From positions 160,001-224,000 of the forward strand of contig CAVSTP010000004.1 in NCBI GenBank assembly GCA_963730935.1: 64,000 nucleotides of DNA, in the 5' to 3' direction. The stretch's first letter is position 1; every line of letters starts with the position of its first letter. Positions 18,784-28,924 of the stretch are shown here, one piece after another. The translations under genes were made by a program, and so were the position numbers. Below the pieces are notes generated by a model. The model saw only the letters and a list, made by a program, of their open reading frames with translations. It did no database searches and was not told the DNA's origin. Source of the DNA: an uncultured Nitrospiraceae bacterium (lineage in GTDB: Bacteria > Nitrospirota > Nitrospiria > Nitrospirales > Nitrospiraceae).

Positions 18784-20931
18784 GTGGCCCACAGTATCGC
18801 CAATGCTGTCGTCATCAAGCATGGAAACCTATTTTTTCTCGCGCCTCCCGACGGAGTAGTGCCGATGGTGCGCGGCCATGGGTTCGGTCTCTATTACCAC
18901 GATTGCCGGTATCTGAACGGCTATGAGTTGTTGGTCGGCGGCGAGCATCCAGAGCCGTTGGCAGCACGTTCGTGGGAGGGAGGCCGCGCAGTCTTTCAAT
19001 TGACCACGCCGGATTTTCAGGCGCCGAACGGCCGGACTATTCATCGTGAGACGGTCGGCCTGAAGTGGGACCGCGTGATCGACGCCGAGCAGTGCGTGCT
19101 GCATGAACAGCTGGATATCCAGTGCTTCGGCTACGAGGCGATCGACTTTCCGCTGACCATGCGCTTCCGTGCAGGCTTTGAAGATGTGTTTGAGATCCGC
19201 GGGCTGCTCCGCGAGGTCAAAGGCAAGCTCTTCAAGCCCGTCTGGAAGGACAAATGCCTCGTGTTCTCCTATGAGGGAGGAGACAAGATCCGGCGGAGCT
19301 TGGCCGTGCATTTCTATCCGTTGCCGGCAGAGATCAAGGGCGACACCGTCCAGTTTCACATTTCGCTCAAGCCGAACGAGACCAGGCAGATCCGTATTTC
19401 GCTGGCCATCGCCGAGTCGGAGGAGCAGCCAAACCGGCTGTTCGCGCAAACGAGCGTGTACCGAGATCTGCAGGCCGTTTCCCACGGCATCAAGGCGTCC
19501 GCCGAGCATTGGCTGAAACGAGAGACGGAATTCCGCAGCGACAGCCTGCTGCTCAACCGCGTGATGCGCCGTTCGCTGATGGATCTGCACATGTTGAAAT
19601 CGTCCATTGGAGGGGACGAATTCTTCGCGGCCGGCGTGCCTTGGTTCGTCTCCCTCTTCGGACGGGACAGTCTGACCACCTCCCTGCAGACGATGGCGTT
19701 CTGGTCCGACACGCCGGCGCCGACGCTCCGATTGCTCGCCCGCCACCAGGGCACGCAGGTGAGCGACTGGCGCGACGAGCAGCCGGGCAAGATCCTGCAT
19801 GAGCTGCGGGTCGGCGAGCTGGCCCGGATGAACAAGATCCCCCACACGCCGTACTACGGCACCATCGATGCCACGCCGCTCTTCCTGATCTTGATGAGCA
19901 GGCAAGCCCGGTGGACCGGCAACCTGGACCTCTTCCGGGAGTTACGCGTCCCCGTCGAGCGGGCGCTGCACTGGATCGACAAGTATGGAGATGTCGCTGG
20001 CGACGGCTATGTCAGCTATTTGAGCAACACCAACAAAGGCCTGATCAATCAAGGCTGGAAGGATTCCGGAGATGCGCTGGTGACAGAAGACGGCCGGTTT
20101 GCCGAGCCGCCCATTGCACTGGCCGAAGTGCAGGGCTATGTGTACATGGCAAAGAGGGAAATCGCCGATCTCTATGAGCGGATCGGAGAGCGAGAGCATG
20201 CGACGCGTCTGCGCGCCGAAGCACGGGCGTTGCGTGCGCGCTTCAACCACGACTTCTGGATGGAGGAAGAAGGTTGCTATGCGATGGCGCTCGAAGCGGG
20301 GCATCGTCCCTGCCGCGTCATGTCCTCGAACGCCGGCCAGGCCCTGTGGACGGGCATCGTGGACGAGGACAAGGCCGGTCGGATGGTGCAACGCCTGATG
20401 AAGCCCGACCTGTTCAACGGGTGGGGCATCAGAACGCTGTCCTACAAGGAGCGGCGCTACAATCCGATGGGTTATCACCTGGGCACCGTCTGGCCCCACG
20501 ACAATTCGCTCATTGCGGCCGGGTTTCGGCGCTACGGATACGACGAAGAAGCGACCAGGATTTTTGTCGGCTTGCTCGAAGCCGCCATGGAGTTCGAGGA
20601 CTATCGCCTTCCGGAACTGTTCACCGGCTTCGGCCGCGAGGAATACGGTCAGCCGGTCCGCTATCCGGTGGCTTGCCATCCGCAGGCCTGGGCGGCAGGA
20701 TCCATTCCGTTCCTGGTCGAGACCTTCCTCGGCCTCGCCCCGGATGCCTTCAATAATCGGTTGAAAATTATCAAGCCGTCTCTGCCCGAATTCATCAATC
20801 AGGTGGAACTCCGCCACCTGCGCATCGGCCAGTCATCGGTAAATTTGCGGTTTGAGCGAAAGCGAGACAGGTCGTTAGAGGTGCAGGTTGGAGAGGTAAC
20901 CGGTGACCTGAAGGTGGAGGTCGAGACCTAG
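18784..20931 (+). CDS. Amylo-alpha-1,6-glucosidase (second debranching-enzyme subfamily)
   Basis: AAGVPWFVSLFGRDS, PGKILHELR, YYGTIDATPLF, NQGWKDSGD, YHLGTVWPHDN, PQAWAA. Confidence 0.88.
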   Translation: MAHSIANAVVIKHGNLFFLAPPDGVVPMVRGHGFGLYYHDCRYLNGYELLVGGEHPEPLAARSWEGGRAVFQLTTPDFQAPNGRTIHRETVGLKWDRVIDAEQCVLHEQLDIQCFGYEAIDFPLTMRFRAGFEDVFEIRGLLREVKGKLFKPVWKDKCLVFSYEGGDKIRRSLAVHFYPLPAEIKGDTVQFHISLKPNETRQIRISLAIAESEEQPNRLFAQTSVYRDLQAVSHGIKASAEHWLKRETEFRSDSLLLNRVMRRSLMDLHMLKSSIGGDEFFAAGVPWFVSLFGRDSLTTSLQTMAFWSDTPAPTLRLLARHQGTQVSDWRDEQPGKILHELRVGELARMNKIPHTPYYGTIDATPLFLILMSRQARWTGNLDLFRELRVPVERALHWIDKYGDVAGDGYVSYLSNTNKGLINQGWKDSGDALVTEDGRFAEPPIALAEVQGYVYMAKREIADLYERIGEREHATRLRAEARALRARFNHDFWMEEEGCYAMALEAGHRPCRVMSSNAGQALWTGIVDEDKAGRMVQRLMKPDLFNGWGIRTLSYKERRYNPMGYHLGTVWPHDNSLIAAGFRRYGYDEEATRIFVGLLEAAMEFEDYRLPELFTGFGREEYGQPVRYPVACHPQAWAAGSIPFLVETFLGLAPDAFNNRLKIIKPSLPEFINQVELRHLRIGQSSVNLRFERKRDRSLEVQVGEVTGDLKVEVET

Positions 20932-20971
20932 TTGAGGCGGGCACGACGGACATTCAGCCCGGGAGTTCACC

Positions 20972-22330
20972 ATGTTCTCACACATTAACCCACTGCCGGA
21001 CGAGGATACGGCCGTCGATATGAGGGATTCATTCTCCATTCGATCGGCCATCGGCTTTTTCGAAGAGCTGTTCCGCGGCTGCGACACCCCCAATATCGCG
21101 GTGCGCTTCTGGGACGGGTCCGTCTGGAGACTGCGGTCGGATGAGCGGACCGACGCAACCCTGGTTCTCCGGCATCCGGAATCGCTCAGCCGGCTGCTTC
21201 GCTGGCCCGTCCAGCTGGCTATCGGAGAAGCCTACATCTATGACGACATCGATGTCCTTGGTTCGCTCGACACCCTGGTGCCCCTGGCCGACCATCTGAT
21301 GCAACGGCGCTGGTCGCTGATGGACTGGCTGCGCTGTGGAGCGGCCACCTTGAGGCAGCGCAGACTGGATCGTCTGCCTGAGGAAACGAGAAGTCTCGTT
21401 CTGCACGGACGGCGCCACGAGAAACTGCGGGACAAGGAGGCCGTGCGATTCCACTACGACGTGCCGGTCGAGTTCTACCGGCTGTGGCTGGACAGCCGTC
21501 TGATGTACTCGTGTGGTTATTATCAGAATGACGACGACGGGCTCGAGCAGGCGCAAACACAGAAGCTGGAATATCTGTGCCGAAAATTGAGCCTGAAGCC
21601 GGGCGACCGTGTGTTGGAGATCGGCTGCGGGTGGGGCGGCTTTGCGTTGTACGCCGCACAGGCCCATGGCGCACTGGTCCATGGAATCACGCTGAGCCGG
21701 CGGCAGGCCGAGGTGGCGAATCAACGCATCAGCGCGGCCGGCTTGTCCCGACGCTGTCGCATCGAGGTGCGCGATTTCCGCGATGTACACGGCGAACAGA
21801 TGTACGACAAGATCATCAGCATCGGCATGGTGGAACACATCGGCAAACATCGGCTGGCAGCCTATTATGGGCAGGCCATGGAGCTGCTGGGACCGGGCGG
21901 AGCCTTTCTCACCCAGGGCATCGGGACCAGGGACGGAGAGCCGACCTTGGGTCCATTCGCGAATCGCTATGTCTTTCCCGACGCTGAAGTTCTTCCGATT
22001 CAGGATATCGTCCGGGCGGCGGAACGTTCGGGCTTCGAAGTGCGCGACGTGGAAAGCCTGCGCGAGCACTATGCGCTGACGTTGAACGCTTGGAGCCAGC
22101 GGCTTGAACAGCATCATCAAGAAGCCGTGCGCGTGGTCGGCGAGGTGACGTACCGCGTGTGGCGCGCATACATGGCGATGGCCGGCTATCTGTTCCGTGT
22201 TGGGCGGCTCAGCCTGTATCACACGCTCTGCGTGAGAGCCGAAGATGGATGCGCCGGTCTTCCCCTGACCAGGGAGGACTGGTATGAGCCGCTACCGTCG
22301 ACTCTCAGCATTCGCAAAGATGCAGCCTAA
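20972..22330 (+). CDS. cfa: Cyclopropane-fatty-acyl-phospholipid synthase family methyltransferase
   Basis: FHYDVPVEFY, MYSCGY, EIGCGWG, SIGMVEH, REHYALTL. Confidence 0.88.
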   Translation: MFSHINPLPDEDTAVDMRDSFSIRSAIGFFEELFRGCDTPNIAVRFWDGSVWRLRSDERTDATLVLRHPESLSRLLRWPVQLAIGEAYIYDDIDVLGSLDTLVPLADHLMQRRWSLMDWLRCGAATLRQRRLDRLPEETRSLVLHGRRHEKLRDKEAVRFHYDVPVEFYRLWLDSRLMYSCGYYQNDDDGLEQAQTQKLEYLCRKLSLKPGDRVLEIGCGWGGFALYAAQAHGALVHGITLSRRQAEVANQRISAAGLSRRCRIEVRDFRDVHGEQMYDKIISIGMVEHIGKHRLAAYYGQAMELLGPGGAFLTQGIGTRDGEPTLGPFANRYVFPDAEVLPIQDIVRAAERSGFEVRDVESLREHYALTLNAWSQRLEQHHQEAVRVVGEVTYRVWRAYMAMAGYLFRVGRLSLYHTLCVRAEDGCAGLPLTREDWYEPLPSTLSIRKDAA

Positions 22331-22372
22331 CGGCACGTTTTGGGGTAGGAAGGCAGGGCTCACAATTCGGTA

Positions 22373-23677
22373 ATGTCCAAATCCGCAACTCATCGAGGAG
22401 CGTCGACCGGATGGCGACAACTCCTGCAAGATCGGAACGTACGATGGCTCTTTGCAGGTCAGACCGTCTCTCAAGTGGGAGACGGCGTGAGCAAGGTCGC
22501 TCTCCTCTGGTTCGTCTATGCGATGACCGAATCGGCGCTGAAAATGTCGCTGATCGGCGTCTTGCAGACCATACCGCCGCTCGTCTTCGGACCCTTCGCG
22601 GGCGTCCTGCTCGACCGGCTCGACAAGCGACGGGCCATGATCGTGATCGATCTGGTGAGAACCGGACTGCTCGCCTCCATTCCCATCCTGTATGCCGTCG
22701 GACTGCTGACTCTGCCATTGTTGTATGTGCTGGTTTTCGTCATCGCGATGTTTTCGATGGCGTTCGGGCCGGCCCTCAACGCAACACTGCCCCTCATCGT
22801 GAAAAAGGAGCAGTTGACCGGGGTCAACGCGCTGATGCAAAGCGCCATGACAATCGGTCAGCTTCTCGGACCGGCGCTGAGCGGGATCCTGATTGCCGCC
22901 ATCGGCGCGCAGAATGCGCTGTATGTGAATGCCGCAGCGTTTTTTCTCTCGGCGCTCTGTAAGATCCCGCTGCGCCTGCCGCATGTCCGCGCTCACCGAT
23001 CGAGTGACAACGTCTGGACGCAAGCCATCAAGGATCTGCAGGACGGCATCCGTTTCGTGTTCGTCAAGCAACGCCTGCTGTTCCTCCTCATGATCGTCGC
23101 TTCAATTTTTGCCCTGGGATCGACGGCCTTCGTCTATCTCTTGCCGGTCATCGGCGACCGCCTCCTGCACGTCGGATCCGTCGCGTTGGGATGGTTGTGG
23201 TCGTCGTTGAGCCTGGGAATTCTTGCCACCACGGTGTGGCTGATTTGGAAGCCGCAGCAAACAGTCTGCACGCGCATTTGGATGATTGCCGTCGCGGCGG
23301 CGATCGCCTCCGTCGCAGTCCCCGGGTTGTTGATGAGCGACTCGATGCTGTGGGCCGTGGGGCTGATCGTGGCCATCGGCGCCACCTCCGGGCTGATCAC
23401 ACCGCTCGTCGCCACCTCATTGCAGGAGCGGACCCCAAAAGATTTGATGGCTCGCGTCTTCGGTCTGTTCAACACCGGCACGATGGTCTTCTCGATGATC
23501 GGGATGACGCTGTTCGGCTGGGTCGCCGACCGTTTTGGGCCTGGAGTGAGCCTCGCCGCGATCGGCGTCGTCAACGGAGCCACGGCAATCGTCTCGATGG
23601 CGTTGCTTCCCTGGTGTTACCGCCTTGTCAAAGCGAACGCCTCTCGCCCGCCGCAGTCTCTGCGCCGGGCGTCCTAG
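22373..23677 (+). CDS. MFS transporter (MFS_3/DHA3-like)
   Basis: About 12 TM segments; GVLLDRLDKRR loop motif. Confidence 0.85.
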   Translation: MSKSATHRGASTGWRQLLQDRNVRWLFAGQTVSQVGDGVSKVALLWFVYAMTESALKMSLIGVLQTIPPLVFGPFAGVLLDRLDKRRAMIVIDLVRTGLLASIPILYAVGLLTLPLLYVLVFVIAMFSMAFGPALNATLPLIVKKEQLTGVNALMQSAMTIGQLLGPALSGILIAAIGAQNALYVNAAAFFLSALCKIPLRLPHVRAHRSSDNVWTQAIKDLQDGIRFVFVKQRLLFLLMIVASIFALGSTAFVYLLPVIGDRLLHVGSVALGWLWSSLSLGILATTVWLIWKPQQTVCTRIWMIAVAAAIASVAVPGLLMSDSMLWAVGLIVAIGATSGLITPLVATSLQERTPKDLMARVFGLFNTGTMVFSMIGMTLFGWVADRFGPGVSLAAIGVVNGATAIVSMALLPWCYRLVKANASRPPQSLRRAS

Positions 23678-23681
23678 CACA

Positions 23682-23715
23682 GGACAGGTTGTTCGCCATC
23701 TGAGACCGCTTGCCC
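23682..23715. promoter_or_regulatory. Tandem enhancer-like palindromes (degenerate)
   Basis: GGACAGGTTGTTC and AGACCGCTTGCCC, centres 21 bp apart. Confidence 0.5.
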
Positions 23716-23768
23716 GCCAGAAGGGTCTGAGACCCCTCAGAGCGTCGGCTCTCAACAGGGAACTGAGA

Positions 23769-23784
23769 TGGTCTTGGAATTGCA
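23769..23784 (+). promoter_or_regulatory. sigma54 -24/-12 promoter (OMP-slp-slp-ligD)
   Basis: TGGTCTTGGAATTGCA (GG-N10-GC with TTGCA). Confidence 0.7.
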
Positions 23785-23795
23785 AAGTTATCACC

Positions 23796-24419
23796 ATGAC
23801 CAAATCAAGGGCTTGGTGTGCGTTGTCGCTCGCCATCGCCTGTCTTTCTCCAACAGCTGCGCAGGCCGAATACTATGTTGCAGGACAAGTCGGCGTGAAC
23901 TTTGCCGACAGACTGACAGGAATCCAAGGGACCGGCAATTTTGTGACACAACGGGGCCCTGATCTCGACCTCAAGAATGCTGTTCTGTATGGAGGAAAAT
24001 TAGGTTTTTTCCCAGGCAATGGAGCGATGGGTCTGGAGTTGGATGTGTTCAACAGTCAACCCAACATCAAGAATCTGGACAACATCCCGGGTATTCATCT
24101 CGGCGTGACCAATGTCGGCATCAACCTCCTGCTGCGGTACCCCGGCCAGACGTTTCAGCCGTACATAGGCTTCGGAGGCGCCGCGCTGATCGCCCGCATT
24201 TCGGAGACGGTAGACGTGCAGAGCGACACCGATGTCGGATTCGGGATCAATCTGCTGGGCGGGCTGCGCACCTTCATTACCCCCTACGTGGCCATTTTTG
24301 CTGAATACAAATATACGCGTGGAACGCTCTCCTTCAACGAAGCCTTTGGATCAGCTGGAGGCTTCTCAGGGGACTATCACGCGCAACAGGTGGTTTTTGG
24401 CGTGTCGTACCATTTCTAA
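23796..24419 (+). CDS. Outer-membrane beta-barrel protein (OmpA-like TM domain)
   Basis: Signal peptide AQA-E, YVAGQVG, PYIGFG, C-terminal GVSYHF. Confidence 0.8.
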   Translation: MTKSRAWCALSLAIACLSPTAAQAEYYVAGQVGVNFADRLTGIQGTGNFVTQRGPDLDLKNAVLYGGKLGFFPGNGAMGLELDVFNSQPNIKNLDNIPGIHLGVTNVGINLLLRYPGQTFQPYIGFGGAALIARISETVDVQSDTDVGFGINLLGGLRTFITPYVAIFAEYKYTRGTLSFNEAFGSAGGFSGDYHAQQVVFGVSYHF

Positions 24420-24430
24420 GGAAACACATC

Positions 24431-25033
24431 ATGAACGCTCCACATTTTGCTCGGCCGATGCATCATTCTAGAGTACTGCTTCCGCTTGTCGCGGTTGCAT
24501 TCGCGCTGCTTGCCTCCGCCTGCTCTGGATCGAAGGTGATTCCGCCTGAGTGGGAAAAACAAATCGACTCGTCGGTATCGTTTCGCGACATACAGGCCTC
24601 TCCCCAGGCGCTACAGGGACGGACGGTACTGCTGGGTGGTGAGGTGCTCGGAGCAAGGCGGGTACAGGACGGAGTGGAATTGGAGGTGTTGCAATTGCCC
24701 GTCAAGGACGATGATCCACCGTCCGAGCGGAGAACGGAATCGGAGGGCCGGTTTTTCGCGATCGACCGCTCAGCCGGAGATCCCGCGTCCTTTCCTCCTG
24801 GGACAAAGGTCACCCTCGTCGGGGTGGTTGCCGGCGAGGAAACACGCCGCCTTGACGAATCCACCTACCGATATCCTATCGTCGAGGTCAAGCACCTGTA
24901 CGTCTGGAGTGAAGACGCCTACCGCGAGCGCTCGGGCAACTCCGTCGGCCTGTTCGGTGGAGTGGGATTTGGATTCGGCAGCGGCGGAAGGGGCGGCAGT
25001 TTTGGTGGTGTCGGTGTCGGCATGGGATACTAG
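24431..25033 (+). CDS. Slp family lipoprotein (Gly-rich tail)
   Basis: Lipobox ASAC; GRTVLLGGEV, EVLQLP, SEGRF, YRYPIV. Confidence 0.85.
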   Translation: MNAPHFARPMHHSRVLLPLVAVAFALLASACSGSKVIPPEWEKQIDSSVSFRDIQASPQALQGRTVLLGGEVLGARRVQDGVELEVLQLPVKDDDPPSERRTESEGRFFAIDRSAGDPASFPPGTKVTLVGVVAGEETRRLDESTYRYPIVEVKHLYVWSEDAYRERSGNSVGLFGGVGFGFGSGGRGGSFGGVGVGMGY

Positions 25034-25111
25034 GCGTTCAGCCGGGGTCTTTGGTAAGTTCAAAAGGCTGTGTTTAAATAGTTGAAATCGCAGAAGCGTG
25101 CGAGGGCGTGC

Positions 25112-25837
25112 ATGACTCTGATCCGGCTATCCCTGCTTATAATGGTGATTGCCTGCGCCGGCTTTTTCGCCACCAGTTGCGCGAAATCGGCTCATCAGAC
25201 TGGGCAAGATCAATTAGAGCGCTTGGTCCCTGCTGACGTCCTCTCTCAGGTGGACGATACCGTGTCCTTCAGCCAACTCCACGCCGATCCTCGCCAATAT
25301 GTGGGCCGGACGGTGATGGTGAGCGGAGTGGCCCTGAAGGCTCGGCGCATCAACGAGGGAACCGAAATTGAAATCCTGCAGGTGCCGACCGAGCGCGGCC
25401 TATCGCCGTCTGATCGGAAGGCAAAGTCCGAGGGACGTTTTCTCGCGGTCCAATCCGCTGGCTTTCTCGACCCTGTCGTGGTCGAGAAGGATTCCCCCTT
25501 GACGGTTGTGGGGGAGGTGAAAGGCGCGACTACCAAACCGCTTGATGAAGGCGAGTATCAATATCCGATCCTCGACGTTAAACATCTGATTGATTGGAAC
25601 GAAGTGAAGGGCAGCGGCCGCGACGGATACGACTCGGCGTACTATGGCCAGTACGGCGGATATTATGGTGGCTGGTCCCACTGGTACTACGGGTTCGGCA
25701 GCCCCTTTGCGGGACCGTACGGCCTCTATCCCTATTCCTATTATGGACCGTATTATTCGTTCCCACGCGGGTATTCCGTGCCGGCACCGTCTCCGCCGCC
25801 TCCCGCATCGATACCCCGCCTCTTCCAAAAAGACTGA
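25112..25837 (+). CDS. Slp family lipoprotein (Tyr/Gly/Pro-rich tail)
   Basis: Lipobox ATSC; GRTVMVSG, EILQVP, SEGRFLA, YQYPIL. Confidence 0.85.
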   Translation: MTLIRLSLLIMVIACAGFFATSCAKSAHQTGQDQLERLVPADVLSQVDDTVSFSQLHADPRQYVGRTVMVSGVALKARRINEGTEIEILQVPTERGLSPSDRKAKSEGRFLAVQSAGFLDPVVVEKDSPLTVVGEVKGATTKPLDEGEYQYPILDVKHLIDWNEVKGSGRDGYDSAYYGQYGGYYGGWSHWYYGFGSPFAGPYGLYPYSYYGPYYSFPRGYSVPAPSPPPPASIPRLFQKD

Positions 25838-25843
25838 CGAACG

Positions 25844-28486
25844 ATGAAACGCGCCACGGTGACCAAGCAGCTGCAACGGTATCGCGGGAAGCGCAACTTT
25901 GTGAAAAGCCCCGAGCCGGCCGGTCATCCGGGACATCATCAGCCGGCCGAAGGACCGATCTATGTCGTTCAGAAACATGCCGCGACGCGCCTCCACTATG
26001 ATTTCCGGCTCGAGCTCGACGGGACATTGAAGAGCTGGGCCGTGCCGAAGGGGCCAAGTCTCGATCCTGGCCAAAAGCGCTTGGCCGTGCATGTCGAAGA
26101 CCATCCGCTGGAATACGCGCAATTCGAAGGCGTCATTCCCCCCAAGCAATACGGCGCGGGGACGGTGTTGATCTGGGACCGCGGCGTCTGGCGGCCGCAG
26201 GGCGATCCGCACGACGGCTATCGTCATGGCGTGCTGAAGTTCCGGCTGGATGGGCAAAAGCTGCAGGGCGCCTGGACCCTCGTTCGTATGCAGTCGCGGC
26301 GCAACGAAGCGCGGGACAACGGCAAGGAAAATTGGCTATTGATCAAGGAAAAAGATGCGGAGGCACGAAGGGGCAAGGCGGGCGAGATCGTGGAGTCCTT
26401 GACGGAGAGCGTGGAGAGCGGTCGCGGTCTCACTGATATTGCGACCGCCGGTGCGCGGGTGTGGCATTCGAACCGGACTTCGTTGAATTCCGAATCACGC
26501 GCCGCGAGCCCTGAGGTCACGACGCCAAAGGGCAAACGTCGGTCTTCGGTGAAACCCTCGGGCCTCACCGACGTGGAAGCCTCGAAATTGCCCGGCGCCG
26601 TCAAAGCGCGTCAGCCGGACTGGATTGCCCCGCAGCTGGCTATGCTGGTCGACCGGATGCCCACGGATGATAACTGGCTGCATGAGATCAAATTCGACGG
26701 GTATCGCCTTTTGTGCCGTGTGAAAAACGGCGATGCCAGGTTCTTCACGCGCAATGGCAACGATTGGACTCCGAAGCTTTCCGCTCAGGCGGAAGCGGTA
26801 GGTCGGCTTGGCCTGAAGGATGCCTGGCTCGACGGGGAGGCGGTCGTGCTGACGGAGCAAGGACGATCGAGCTTTCAGGCCTTGCAGAATGCCTTCGATT
26901 CGCGGTTTACGGGGACGATTGTCTACTGCGTCTTCGATCTGTTGTATCTCAACGGCTATGACCTCCGTGCGACTCCTCTCATCGAGCGGAAGCGTCTGCT
27001 CGCATCTCTCTTGAACCAGTTCAAAGATCCTCAGCTGCGCTATAGCGATCACATCATCGGGGACAATCAAGCCTCCTTCGAGGAAGCCTGCCGGCAGGGA
27101 CTCGAAGGGTTGATCGTCAAACGGATGGACGCCGGCTACCGGTCCGGACGGGGGCGCAGTTGGCTCAAAGTGAAATGCGAGCAACGGCAGGAATTCGTCA
27201 TCGGCGGATTCACGGAGCCGGCCGGCTCAAGGCAAGGGTTCGGGGCTCTGCTGGTGGGTTTGTACGAAGACGGAGCCTTGCGGTATGCGGGAAAAGTCGG
27301 CACAGGATTCTCCGACAGCCTGTTGAAGAAACTCCATCGGACGCTGCGCTCCCTCGAGCAGGCGAAATCGCCGTTCGTGAATCCGCCCTCAGGATACGAC
27401 GCGAAGGGCGCGCATTGGGTGAAGCCGAAACTCGTGGCGGAAATACGGTTTGCCGAATGGACGCAGGAGGGCATCCTGCGGCAACCGAGCTTCCAAGGCC
27501 TCCGGACCGATAAGCCGGCCACGGCGATCGGTCGGGAGCGTGCACAGCATCTCAGCGAAGATCGCAAGGATGAACGTTCTCCCAAGTCCCGGCGGAAGCC
27601 CGTGATGGATGCGGGACGGCTCACCAATCCGGACCGGGTCTTGTATCCGGACATTGGGCTGACCAAGGCCGCGCTTGCTGACTACTATGAACAAGTCGCT
27701 GAGTGGATGTTGCCGCATCTGCGGGGGCGCCCCCTGACGCTTCTCCGATGTCCGGAAGGGTACCAAAAATGTTTCTACCAGAAGCACGTCAACGAAAAGG
27801 TGCCTCCGGCCATCGGCCGGATTGAGATCGAGGAAGCAGATAAAAGGGATACGTATATGTTGGCCGAATCGCCCGAGGCATTGCGAGGTTTGGTCCAGAT
27901 GGGAGTGTTGGAAGTGCACACCTGGGGAGCGACGAAAGACCGCCTGGAGCGCCCTGACCGTTTGACCTTCGATCTCGACCCCGATCCGTCGGTTCCCTGG
28001 GAGCAGGTGATCGAAGCGGCTCAACTGACCAAGACGTTGCTCGATGAACTCGGCCTCGTGTGCTTTCTCAAGACCACCGGTGGCAAAGGGCTGCACGTCG
28101 TCACGCCGATTCAGCGCACGCTAGGCTGGGAGGAGGCCAAGCTCTTCGCAAAAATGGTCGCCGATCATCTCGTGACGGCAATCCCTCAGCGCTTCACCTC
28201 GAATATGGCCAAGCGCGCTCGGAAAGGAAAAATTTTCATCGATTATCTTCGGAACGCGCGCGGCGCGACGGCCATTGCCGCCTACTCGACAAGGGCCAAG
28301 CCCGGCGCTCCGGTCTCGGTGCCGATCGCGTGGGACGAGTTGTCGAAAGAGCTGCATTCGGACCACTTCACGGTCATGAACGTGCCGGCACGGCTCAAGC
28401 GTTTCCGGCACGATCCCTGGGAAGCCTACCGCCGGTCCGCCCGTCGAGTGACTGCGGAGATGGGACAGCGGCTAAAGTCCCGCTAA
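25844..28486 (+). CDS. ligD: DNA ligase D (phosphoesterase-ligase-polymerase)
   Basis: QKHAATRLHYDFRLE, EIKFDGYR, EGLIVKR, WLKVK, FDLDPD, KTTGGKGLH, DYLRN. Confidence 0.95.
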   Translation: MKRATVTKQLQRYRGKRNFVKSPEPAGHPGHHQPAEGPIYVVQKHAATRLHYDFRLELDGTLKSWAVPKGPSLDPGQKRLAVHVEDHPLEYAQFEGVIPPKQYGAGTVLIWDRGVWRPQGDPHDGYRHGVLKFRLDGQKLQGAWTLVRMQSRRNEARDNGKENWLLIKEKDAEARRGKAGEIVESLTESVESGRGLTDIATAGARVWHSNRTSLNSESRAASPEVTTPKGKRRSSVKPSGLTDVEASKLPGAVKARQPDWIAPQLAMLVDRMPTDDNWLHEIKFDGYRLLCRVKNGDARFFTRNGNDWTPKLSAQAEAVGRLGLKDAWLDGEAVVLTEQGRSSFQALQNAFDSRFTGTIVYCVFDLLYLNGYDLRATPLIERKRLLASLLNQFKDPQLRYSDHIIGDNQASFEEACRQGLEGLIVKRMDAGYRSGRGRSWLKVKCEQRQEFVIGGFTEPAGSRQGFGALLVGLYEDGALRYAGKVGTGFSDSLLKKLHRTLRSLEQAKSPFVNPPSGYDAKGAHWVKPKLVAEIRFAEWTQEGILRQPSFQGLRTDKPATAIGRERAQHLSEDRKDERSPKSRRKPVMDAGRLTNPDRVLYPDIGLTKAALADYYEQVAEWMLPHLRGRPLTLLRCPEGYQKCFYQKHVNEKVPPAIGRIEIEEADKRDTYMLAESPEALRGLVQMGVLEVHTWGATKDRLERPDRLTFDLDPDPSVPWEQVIEAAQLTKTLLDELGLVCFLKTTGGKGLHVVTPIQRTLGWEEAKLFAKMVADHLVTAIPQRFTSNMAKRARKGKIFIDYLRNARGATAIAAYSTRAKPGAPVSVPIAWDELSKELHSDHFTVMNVPARLKRFRHDPWEAYRRSARRVTAEMGQRLKSR

Positions 28487-28572
28487 AAATTTGAGATCTG
28501 CAATTCCAGAGGCAGCTAGGGAGCCTCTACTCATCGGCCGGCACTTCGGGATTCGGAAGGCGATAATGAATA

Positions 28573-28845
28573 CCGGAGCGGTCGACATCGGTCGAAGAGG
28601 TCAACAAGATTCCTCATTACGAGGGTGTGGTCGGCGTGACGGCGGATCCCGTCGTCTCCTCGGACATCATTCAAGATCCTCGCGCTTCGATCATCGACCG
28701 TGAGATGACACAGGTGGTGGATGGAGACCTCTTGAAGGTGATGAGTTGGTACGACAATGAGTGGGGCTACGCGAGTCAAATGGTTCGACAGGCGGTCAGC
28801 ATGGCCCAGATCCTTCCCGTGGAACCGGCACTGTCTTCTCTGTAG
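28573..28845 (+). pseudogene. gap: 3' remnant of a glyceraldehyde-3-phosphate dehydrogenase gene
   Basis: TSVEEVNKI...VVSSDII...KVMSWYDNEWGY; TAA TGA in frame just upstream, N-terminal part absent. Confidence 0.85.
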
Positions 28846-28924
28846 TCGCGTTCTGGGTGCTGGCCATGCAGAGGCCAGCACCCAGATATCGTGCGACGCT
28901 TGATGCTCGCTAATTCCGAAGCCA

